From: an uncultured Candidatus Saccharibacteria bacterium
GTDB taxonomy: Bacteria > Patescibacteriota > Minisyncoccia > Minisyncoccales > CAZVLR01
Direction: 5' to 3'
Length of the DNA: 64,000 nucleotides
Assembly (NCBI GenBank): GCA_964628095.1
Contig: CAZVLR010000001.1
Location: 56,777-120,776, forward strand
Shown: positions 56,452-64,000 of the stretch, in pieces
Numbering within the stretch: the stretch's first letter is position 1
Layout: each line of letters starts with the position of its first letter
The notes under the pieces: generated by a model
What the model saw: the letters and a program-made list of their open reading frames with translations, nothing else
Told to the model about the DNA's origin: nothing
The model's database searches: none
Position numbers and translations under genes: made by a program

Positions 56452-58117
56452 TGATTACGATTTTCTCGTTTTGCCAAAATTCTCCAGGATATGTCCTGAG
56501 CTTGATAACAATCTGTGTGCCGTCAGGATTCCAGCTATGTTCTGCAACTACTGCGCCATCAGCTGTTAATTCCGGATAAACCGTTGAATCGGTGAGCGAA
56601 GAATTAAAATGAGTCAATCTTTTCTTGTTGGATCCGTCTGGATCCATTATCCATAAGTCCTGTTTTTGTTCTCCTGCCACAACATAGCCATCAGCATTTC
56701 TATTTTGCAGAATGTCCAAAGTTGAAGTCCAAATTATTTTGTTTCCATCTGGAGTAAATAGAGCGAATTCATCCCATTCATATTGTGTTCCGGTTAAGGA
56801 AGTCAGCTGCTGAGTATCCAAATCATATATAAATTCATCAAAGCTTTGGGCGGGCAAGTCTTCTTGAGAAGCCGAAAAAGTGATTTTATCATCATTCGGA
56901 GAAAAGCCATGTGTTTCATAAAGCCCCATGTCGCCGGGCTGTATTCCTTGAATATTGCTAATGGTTGGCACACCATCGACAACTGAAAAATCAGCTATTT
57001 TTATTTCCCACTGCCCCCAAAAACCCGAAAAGCAATTGGCGGGAAAGGTCATCCGCTCAGCCCAAATAAGCTTGGTTCCGTCGTGGGAAAATTCGGGATG
57101 CAGCACTCCTTTCCTGTCGGTCATAAAAGTTAGTTGCCAAAATTGGCTGCCGTCTGGATTAGTAATCCAAAGATCATTGTTAATGCCGCCACCGGGACTT
57201 TCAGCAAAGTTTTCACATACAAGATTCGATAAATCAGGATTTTCAGACTGGAAAACTATATAATTGCCAGAGGGATGCCAGCTGGGATTGCCATTCATAT
57301 GAGGATCGCCAGCCTCGGCGCAGGTTAGGCATTTTTTGCCGGAGCCGTCAGGATTCATTGTCCAGACATCATAGAATCCGTCGATTCCCATTCGGTCAAA
57401 GGCAATGATATTATTTTTGCCCCAATTTACTCGTCCGCCGCTTTCGGTTATAGTTGTAATACTTTTTATTTCATAACTGCCCGGTGGCGGTGGCGGATTT
57501 GGTATAAAAGCCAACTGCGAACCACCGCATAAAGGAGTAATCCTTATACCCCCTCTATTATCTTGGTCCAAAATATCACATTCCAAGCCCAAGTCTTCTG
57601 AACAATAACTAATGCCGTAATGGCAGGGACTCTCCTCTGTGCCCAGATTAATAGAAGTATATCCGTAAATATAGCGGTACTTTGAATTATTAACCGGGTC
57701 TTTGGGCGGACCGTCGGGGAACCAATCTTTTAGGATTTCTTTAAAGCTATTACCCCAGTCAGATCCCCCATTAATGCTGCCGTCTCCTACAGAGGCAGCT
57801 GCCAAACAATAAAGATTGTCTGCGTCTTCCAAACAGCTTTGGGTCGGATCGCAAAGAACATTCCAAAATGCATCTGGCCCGCCTTCCCCAAGGCAAGCTG
57901 CCGCTTCAGAACCGTTGGGGTTGGGATAATACCCGTAAAAAGTATAATGGGCGTTAAGCGCCAGCCTTAATTGGTTGGTTTCAGCCGCTCTCTTGGCGTC
58001 TCGGCCCTCCTTCTTGGCGCTATCAAGCACTATGAAAACAATCGTGGTAAGAAGCCCGATAATGCTAATTACTACTAGCATCTCAATTAAAGTAAACCCT
58101 TTTGATCTTTCATGCAT
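56435..58117 (-). CDS. type IV pilin-like N-terminus fused to PD40 beta-propeller domain (paralog family member 2)
   Basis: Class III signal MHERSKGFTLIEMLVVISIIGLLTTIVFIVL (G-FTLIEML). C-terminal domain is homologous to the neighbours (GNPSWHPSGNYIVFQSE, WITNPDGSQFWQLT). Confidence 0.7.
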   Translation of the reverse strand: MHERSKGFTLIEMLVVISIIGLLTTIVFIVLDSAKKEGRDAKRAAETNQLRLALNAHYTFYGYYPNPNGSEAAACLGEGGPDAFWNVLCDPTQSCLEDADNLYCLAAASVGDGSINGGSDWGNSFKEILKDWFPDGPPKDPVNNSKYRYIYGYTSINLGTEESPCHYGISYCSEDLGLECDILDQDNRGGIRITPLCGGSQLAFIPNPPPPPGSYEIKSITTITESGGRVNWGKNNIIAFDRMGIDGFYDVWTMNPDGSGKKCLTCAEAGDPHMNGNPSWHPSGNYIVFQSENPDLSNLVCENFAESPGGGINNDLWITNPDGSQFWQLTFMTDRKGVLHPEFSHDGTKLIWAERMTFPANCFSGFWGQWEIKIADFSVVDGVPTISNIQGIQPGDMGLYETHGFSPNDDKITFSASQEDLPAQSFDEFIYDLDTQQLTSLTGTQYEWDEFALFTPDGNKIIWTSTLDILQNRNADGYVVAGEQKQDLWIMDPDGSNKKRLTHFNSSLTDSTVYPELTADGAVVAEHSWNPDGTQIVIKLRTYPGEFWQNEKIVIIEFEK

Positions 58118-58156
58118 GGGTTAATATATTTTGTGCTTGCTTTTTATATCTCTATT

Positions 58157-59389
58157 TTAATCCTGGTGTTTTTCAAATTCAATAACAATAATTTTTTCGT
58201 TGTCATCAAAATTACCCGGCATTACCCGCGTTTTAACCGCCATCCTACTTCCGTCGGGACTCCAGCTGTAATCAGCCGGATTGGTGCCAGCCGGGTTGTA
58301 TTCCGAATAACCTGGCTCGTTAAAGTGTGTGAGCCGGGCTAAATTTTTTCCATCAGCATCCATAATCCAGAAATCAGATTTAAGCTTATTGCCTTCTATA
58401 ACTCCTTTGGCATTGCGAATTTGATTGATGCCCATGCTCGACATAAGAATTATTTTTTTCTGATTTGGCGTCAACATCGCAAATTCGTCCCATTCCTTGG
58501 GCGAATTGGTAAAATTGGTAAGCTTCTGGGTTTTTAAATTGTAACTGAACTCGTCAAAACTTTGCGACGCTTCATATCTTTTGGAAGCGGAAAAAAATAT
58601 TTCGGAATTGTCTTTGGAAAAACCGTTAACTTCATACAATCCCATATTTCCCGGCTGGATTTCTTGGATATTGGAAATTTTAGGTTCGCCATTGATAATA
58701 TTAAAATCGGCAATTTTAATAGACCATTGTCCCCAAAAATCATTAGTAAAGCTCTTGGAAAGCGCAATTCTTTCAGACCATAATAATTTTGTGCCGTCCG
58801 GTGAAAAATGTGGATGCAAAACACCCAACCGATTGGTCACATGTGTTAACTGCCAGAATTGGCTGCCGTCGCGATTAGTAACCCATAAATTATTATTAAT
58901 CCCTCCGCCGGGATGCGTCGCCCATTTTTCTAAAAAGGGCACGGATAAATTTGGATCTTCCGCTTGGAAAACAATATAATTGCCAGAAGAATGAATAGTT
59001 GGATTACCATTCATTTTCTGAGGGATCCCCGCTTTTTCACAAGTTAGGCATTTTTTATTGGAACCGTCGGGATTCATCGTCCAGATGTCATAAAACTTAT
59101 CATCTCCCTTGCTATCATAGGCAATATAATCGTTGGTCGGAGACCAATCAACCCTACCGCCTTTTTCGGCAATAGTTGTTATGGATTTTATTTTATAATC
59201 GCTTGCTGGGCCATTAGGAATATTTTTACAATCATTGGCGCAGGTTTCATTTTTTTGTTCCCATTTCTGGCAGATATTATCTCCGCATTTTGACTGGCGC
59301 CAGAAAAATAATAAAGCTAATGCAATAAATATTATAACAACAACTATTAAGATAATTTTTGTTATTTTTTTCATATTTTTTATTTCCAC
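58157..59389 (-). CDS. TM-anchored PD40 beta-propeller protein with CGDNICQKWE...C..DC motif (paralog family member 3)
   Basis: TM, then CGDNICQKWEQKNETCANDCKNIPNG, then PD40 repeats. Confidence 0.7.
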   Translation of the reverse strand: MEIKNMKKITKIILIVVVIIFIALALLFFWRQSKCGDNICQKWEQKNETCANDCKNIPNGPASDYKIKSITTIAEKGGRVDWSPTNDYIAYDSKGDDKFYDIWTMNPDGSNKKCLTCEKAGIPQKMNGNPTIHSSGNYIVFQAEDPNLSVPFLEKWATHPGGGINNNLWVTNRDGSQFWQLTHVTNRLGVLHPHFSPDGTKLLWSERIALSKSFTNDFWGQWSIKIADFNIINGEPKISNIQEIQPGNMGLYEVNGFSKDNSEIFFSASKRYEASQSFDEFSYNLKTQKLTNFTNSPKEWDEFAMLTPNQKKIILMSSMGINQIRNAKGVIEGNKLKSDFWIMDADGKNLARLTHFNEPGYSEYNPAGTNPADYSWSPDGSRMAVKTRVMPGNFDDNEKIIVIEFEKHQD

Positions 59390-61584
59390 TCAATAATTTT
59401 ATTTTTATCAACTGGACAGCCCAGAGCTTCAAATTCCTGGATAGTCTGGTAATGCACTATGGGCTGATACGGACCCATAACATTAGATTTATTTTCGCCA
59501 ATTAAGCTTTTGTTATACGTTGTCTGATACCAGGAACCGGTTTTCCAAGGAATGTTTTGGTCGGTCGGTGCATATTCTTTCATATAATTATCAGGATAAA
59601 CATTCATCCACCTCATAATCAATCCTTGCGTAGATTCTGGGCCAATGTTTTGCCAGGTGATGCCGCATTCTGGCCTGGCATTTGAAGGTTTCTCTTTTTG
59701 ACCATAAACAATAATATAATCATTATTATTGTCTCTTACCACATTTTCATCTAGTAAGCAGCCATAAACCAGCCCGTTATACATGTCATCTTGCCCTCCG
59801 CCAGTATGGCAGATTGACCAATAACGCGCTTGAGTTTTTTGAGTTGTGCTTTCTCCATTTCTGGTTTTTGGGGTTGTCGGAATCCGGCCGGTAATTGCAT
59901 AAACATGATTCGGAGTCACAGCAATACTACGGTGGAGATACATATCATACGGGCAGTCCGTGGCACTGTGCCCGATATTGCCCGGAGGAGCTGCATCAGG
60001 GCCCTTATTGGTTTGGCAGGCATATTGTTCTTGGAGCACTTTTTTAACTGTGTTTTCAGGCAACTTGCCAAAGGGTTGGGCTTTTTGGATTGCTGCGCCT
60101 TCGGCCCAAATAAGAAAAATATCAAACATTTTCCACCAACCCATAGATGAGCCAAGAATAGCTGGAACTTTTGCTAATGGTTTTTCCTCATAACCAGGAA
60201 CTATTCTTGCTAGAAGCTGGTCAATTTTAGAAGTATCTGGCTGAATCCAGAATTCTTCGCCAGTTTTTAATTTAAATAGCGCCTTAGGAAGCGAAACTCC
60301 ACCATAGGGATTTTTGCCGTTATCTGGAACATAATAACGCAACCATAAAATTGCTGGCGAAAGCATTCCATTGCCAATAGCGCCAGTGGATGAAAACGGC
60401 CCGCCAACACGCGTATTTCCCTGTGCTCTAAAATATTCGTTTTGCAATACTGGATTTAAATCGACCATGTTGCCTTGCTTTAAATCAAAATAAGCATGAT
60501 AGTGCCGATTAGTTGCGTTTCTGTTTTCGCCCACTCTGAATGGATTTATGTTTCCCGGGTCAGGATTGATATCTGCATCAATCAATGGCACTTCCATCTG
60601 GCCGCGGTTGCCGGCATAAGGAAATTGCGGATCAAAGGGCGGAGAAACTTGCAAGCTCATAAATCGGGCATGCGGAAAATCACCCTCAATAACCAATTGA
60701 GAATCATAAGGCGCGATATAGATTAATTTTTGGTAGGTTACATGAGTAGCGGCATTGTTCATGCGCAGATGTTGCCAATTATCTGAATCTGGCTCTTCTC
60801 GAGCAGGAATTCCATACCATTGTTCTTCTGCTGTAATTTCATCGGGCTTATATAATTTCCAGTGATTGGTTTTTGCATTATCAATATCTTCTCCCAGATA
60901 GCCGGCCGGAATTTCAGCAGGATTTTTGCCAGCCAGCCAGCCCCTGATATAATCTTCTAGTTTTTTTGAAAGTTCTTGGCCGGCTACTATTTGTTTTTTA
61001 TAGAATTCAGAATTTTTAGAATAAGGATCTTCTTTTTTACAAATATCTAAGATTTGATTAGCTGTTAAGCCCGGAAGGTTTACGGTAGAGATTCTGCCCG
61101 CATCTCTGCCTTCGGGCATTTTTGTTTTTAAGGCAACGCTTTTTTCCTGCTTGTTATAGCTGACTGATATTTTGCCCGAGCAAGCGCCGTGGCCGGTATT
61201 CCAAACAATAGCGCTGCCTTGGTTTGATCCTTGAATTGTGCCGCAGCCGGAAACTTCCCATTTGGGAGTGCCAAATTTTGTACATTCAGGATCGTCTTTA
61301 CCATTGGAACATTTAAAATTAACTATTTCATAGAGGCCGAAAACATCATTGGTGTTTTTAGGATTTATTGCCAGGCCTTCTTCTATTATGCCTTCGCAAT
61401 CCGCAGAGCAGGTGCCTTTGTTAAGCTCCCATCTTTGGCAGATATTATCTCCGCATTTTGACTGGCGCCATTTATTTGCAACAAATAATAAAGTTAAAAC
61501 AACAAATATTATTGCCAAAATAATTAAGACGTTTTTTATTGTTTTGTTCATATTTTTAATTTTGCTTGCCGCAGGCGCCGGCAA
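59380..61584 (-). CDS. TM-anchored large hypothetical protein sharing the CGDNICQRWE...C..DC motif (family member 4, non-propeller)
   Basis: TM (VLIILAIIFVVLTLLFV), then CGDNICQRWELNKGTCSADCEGII. The remaining ~650 aa show no motif I recognise. Confidence 0.6.
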   Translation of the reverse strand: MPAPAASKIKNMNKTIKNVLIILAIIFVVLTLLFVANKWRQSKCGDNICQRWELNKGTCSADCEGIIEEGLAINPKNTNDVFGLYEIVNFKCSNGKDDPECTKFGTPKWEVSGCGTIQGSNQGSAIVWNTGHGACSGKISVSYNKQEKSVALKTKMPEGRDAGRISTVNLPGLTANQILDICKKEDPYSKNSEFYKKQIVAGQELSKKLEDYIRGWLAGKNPAEIPAGYLGEDIDNAKTNHWKLYKPDEITAEEQWYGIPAREEPDSDNWQHLRMNNAATHVTYQKLIYIAPYDSQLVIEGDFPHARFMSLQVSPPFDPQFPYAGNRGQMEVPLIDADINPDPGNINPFRVGENRNATNRHYHAYFDLKQGNMVDLNPVLQNEYFRAQGNTRVGGPFSSTGAIGNGMLSPAILWLRYYVPDNGKNPYGGVSLPKALFKLKTGEEFWIQPDTSKIDQLLARIVPGYEEKPLAKVPAILGSSMGWWKMFDIFLIWAEGAAIQKAQPFGKLPENTVKKVLQEQYACQTNKGPDAAPPGNIGHSATDCPYDMYLHRSIAVTPNHVYAITGRIPTTPKTRNGESTTQKTQARYWSICHTGGGQDDMYNGLVYGCLLDENVVRDNNNDYIIVYGQKEKPSNARPECGITWQNIGPESTQGLIMRWMNVYPDNYMKEYAPTDQNIPWKTGSWYQTTYNKSLIGENKSNVMGPYQPIVHYQTIQEFEALGCPVDKNKIIEWK

Positions 61585-63703
61585 ATTTTATTTTATAAAT
61601 ATCTCCGTTGATATGCGGGCCACTGGTTTCTTCGCTGGAAACATGCGACATATAAATGGCTGCGCCGCTTGGATCCCAGCTTTGTTCTTCATTATGTTTG
61701 GCCAAGGTGTCATATTCTGGATAACCAGGAGTGTTGAAATGAGTGATTTGTACCAGATTGCTGCCATCCGGATTCATCAGCCAAATTTCATCATTGGTGG
61801 CTGGGTATTTGTCCATTATTTTGATGGCGATTTTTTTGCCATCAGGAGAATAAGCAATTTCTTCTTCCACTTGCGGGGTATTGGTAATTTGCTTCAAATT
61901 TCCTCCGTTTAAATCAGTGGTATAAATATCCGGCCAAAGTTCGGTGCCATCAGGACTTTTGGTCAAATCAGAATAGGAATAAATAAATCCTTTATTGTCA
62001 AAAGTAAATCCTTCGGGCTCAACCATAGTGAAATTAGCTGGAGGATTAACAGTTTTTATATCAGCGACAATCGGTTTGCCACTGGCGTCATATGTGATTT
62101 TTGTATATTTGGCGCGCCAGATACATAGTTCTTCGCCCTTGCGCAAGGAAAAACTTTCTACACCCCACCAACAACCCGGATGCTTATCTACTCCTGGCTT
62201 GCCATTGGGGTATTTTTCCATCATAAACTCTTCTCCCCAAGTAATCATAGTGCCGTCAAAGGAATAATAAGGTTCAATCATCCCCCAATTGTCCGGATAA
62301 TCAGTAATCTGCCAAAAAGCCGAGCCATCAGCTTTGGCGATCCAAACATTATAATTTCTGCCAATGCCTGGTCGGGCTGTGGTGCCTATGCCTTTTCTGG
62401 GATATTTGGCTGATTCAGCGCCAAAGATAATATATTTGCCATCTGGCGACCAAGCTGATTGGCCGCGATGGCGGGTATTGGCCAAAGCCGCTTTGCCACA
62501 AGTTAAGCATTGAATATTGGAAAAATCTGCATTCATGGTAAAAACTTCGAATTGATCGTTAACTTCATCGGTAAAAGTTATCTTTCCCTGGGGCGAAGTC
62601 CTGGGGAACGAGCCATTAACTGCGGTTTTTTCCACGCTAACAACTTTGCAGGGGTTCTCATTCCCCACCGGTTTTTCGGCTAAAATCCCCGCCTCGTAAC
62701 CCTCAACCTCCTGGGGTAAAGCTGCAAAAGCGCCGTAGATATCGTTTAATTCGTACCAGCACATTTTGGTGTCTTGAGAACATTCCAAGGGCTCGCCCAA
62801 AATGCCAGCGTTCCTTCTTTTGGTAGCATCGCCTTCGTATCCTGGCCAAGTAATGGTTGTTTTATAGGTTACTAATATTTCTTTGCCAATGTAAGAATCC
62901 TTTTTAGAATAATCGTCAAAAGATAAGCCGATTAATCCGGATTCCGGCCCATCTTTGGCGTATTTTACAAAATAGGAGCCGATTTTTTGGTACTGAGCGC
63001 TAGAATCAAAAACCGAGAGCTCGCCCGAAGACCAGGTAATTACGTTGTCGCCCGCCTCAATATTTAATTCGCCCCAAGTGCCGTCCCAAAACATGGGTTC
63101 GATAGTGGACGTGCCCACCAGTTTTTTGCATAAAATAGTCTCGTCTTCCTGGATTAATTTTACGCTTTTACCAATGTCTTCCAAATTAAGCGCCACCTGC
63201 GGAGAACCAATATCGGGATGATATGTAAAAAGGGCAGGCCAGCCAAAAGCCACCATATAGGCGCCCTGTTTTTCAACCGAACCCGAACAGGAGACTTGCT
63301 GGGCTGTTTGAGCCAGAACCGTACCAACGCTTGCCAAGCCAATGCTTGAAGTCTGATTTGTCTGTTTTAACCCTTGAAGTAGTTTTAATTTTATTAATTG
63401 CTTGATCCTTTCGGGGATTACTCTTTTTGAAGAATTTAAGCTGATAATCTGCTCTTTAATGCCCTGGTATTGCTTGAGTTTTTCAATAAGAGCTTGTCGC
63501 CTTTGCTGCATTAGCTCAATCGCAGCATTCTTTCTGCTTTCCAACATTTTCTTTCGAAAATTAGAAAGAAGATAAAGAAACAAAGCTCCTAGAAGAATAA
63601 CAATAAGCACAATAATTAAGGTTTTTTGCCAGGTTTTTAAACTAAATCCTTTTTTAACTTCACCCGAAGTTACGGGTGTTTGAAGATTATTTTCTTGAGG
63701 CAT
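61556..63703 (-). CDS. TM-anchored coiled-coil protein with C-terminal PD40 beta-propeller (family member 5)
   Basis: TM (LIIVLIVILLGALFLYLL), then coiled-coil. PD40 repeats (WSPDGKYIIFGAE, WIAKADGSAFWQIT, YSPDGKKIAIK, WLMNPDGSN). Confidence 0.65.
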   Translation of the reverse strand: MPQENNLQTPVTSGEVKKGFSLKTWQKTLIIVLIVILLGALFLYLLSNFRKKMLESRKNAAIELMQQRRQALIEKLKQYQGIKEQIISLNSSKRVIPERIKQLIKLKLLQGLKQTNQTSSIGLASVGTVLAQTAQQVSCSGSVEKQGAYMVAFGWPALFTYHPDIGSPQVALNLEDIGKSVKLIQEDETILCKKLVGTSTIEPMFWDGTWGELNIEAGDNVITWSSGELSVFDSSAQYQKIGSYFVKYAKDGPESGLIGLSFDDYSKKDSYIGKEILVTYKTTITWPGYEGDATKRRNAGILGEPLECSQDTKMCWYELNDIYGAFAALPQEVEGYEAGILAEKPVGNENPCKVVSVEKTAVNGSFPRTSPQGKITFTDEVNDQFEVFTMNADFSNIQCLTCGKAALANTRHRGQSAWSPDGKYIIFGAESAKYPRKGIGTTARPGIGRNYNVWIAKADGSAFWQITDYPDNWGMIEPYYSFDGTMITWGEEFMMEKYPNGKPGVDKHPGCWWGVESFSLRKGEELCIWRAKYTKITYDASGKPIVADIKTVNPPANFTMVEPEGFTFDNKGFIYSYSDLTKSPDGTELWPDIYTTDLNGGNLKQITNTPQVEEEIAYSPDGKKIAIKIMDKYPATNDEIWLMNPDGSNLVQITHFNTPGYPEYDTLAKHNEEQSWDPSGAAIYMSHVSSEETSGPHINGDIYKIKFAGACGKQN

Positions 63704-63815
63704 AGATTTTTTAATTAATTAGTTATTTTTAATATATTATATAACCATTTAATTTATTATACAATTAAAACGCCCTTTTTAAATGGGGTTAAATTACAGA
63801 AATTCATTATATTTG

Positions 63816-63886
63816 CGGGGGCACAAGGATTCGAACCTCGATCACTTCTTTTGGAGAGAAGTATTCTGCCGTTGAACTATGCCCCC
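63816..63886 (-). tRNA. tRNA-Trp (anticodon CCA)
   Basis: GGGGGCA-TA-GTTCAACGGCAGAAT-A-CTTCT-CTCCAAA-AGAAG-TGATC-GAGGTTCGAATCCTT-G-TGCCCCC-G. CCA is not encoded. Confidence 0.8.
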
Positions 63887-64000
63887 AATATATTAAAAAT
63901 ATCATTTTTAAGATAAATTTTCAACCAAAAAAAGCCCAGGACAAAAGTCCTGGGTTGTTTGCTTTAATATTTTAATTTTCGTCTTTTTTAACCAATTGCG

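Noticed and set aside
1-64000. CRISPR arrays, integrases or transposases, rRNA genes.
   Set aside because: No regularly spaced direct repeats, no recombinase or transposase motifs and no rRNA-like sequence were seen. The only repeats are the paralog-associated tracts described in the findings.

Overview
This AT-rich 64-kb window comes from a compact bacterial genome with short or overlapping intergenic regions. Most genes run as minus-strand gene strings. I call about 60 CDS and 3 tRNAs (Gln-TTG, Glu-CTC, Trp-CCA, all on the minus strand), plus several rho-independent terminators, one clear sigma70-type promoter and a probable MraZ operator.

Housekeeping content includes murC, thpR, efp, dnaX, cysS, dnaB, recR, rplU, rmuC, rplJ-rplL, pcm and mltG. 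There is also a partial dcw cluster (mraZ-rsmH-ftsL-ftsI) and an isoprenoid module: polyprenyl synthase, IPP isomerase, a UbiA-type prenyltransferase and a methyltransferase. The gene content is consistent with a Candidate Phyla Radiation (Patescibacteria)-like organism, though that is inference only. The pointers are pilin-type class III signal peptides fused to unrelated domains, many TM-anchored PD40 beta-propeller proteins, giant beta-helix cell-wall-binding proteins, and ribosomal genes outside their canonical operon context.

The most unusual content is listed below.
- An 8.5-kb tandem array of five paralogous membrane-anchored surface proteins (55189..63703). Three share a 4-Cys motif, CGD[NS]ICQ[KR]WE...C..DC, directly after the TM anchor. 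One carries a type IV pilin N-terminus. Two adjacent members share a 35-nt identical DNA tract.
- Two giant secreted right-handed beta-helix proteins with C-terminal peptidoglycan-binding domains. The last ~75 codons and ~215 bp of their 3' flank are identical, which points to recent gene conversion. The flank includes a small membrane-peptide ORF that is intact only in copy A.
- A membrane-anchored ClpC-like AAA+ protein whose first nucleotide-binding domain has degenerate Walker A and B motifs.
- A degenerate Mur-ligase fragment lacking the P-loop at the murE/murF position of the dcw cluster.
- An MBOAT + SGNH O-acyltransferase pair in a plus-strand operon ending in efp.

No CRISPR arrays, integrases, transposases or rRNA genes were seen. 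All functional calls rest on by-eye motif recognition. None has been confirmed by a database search.
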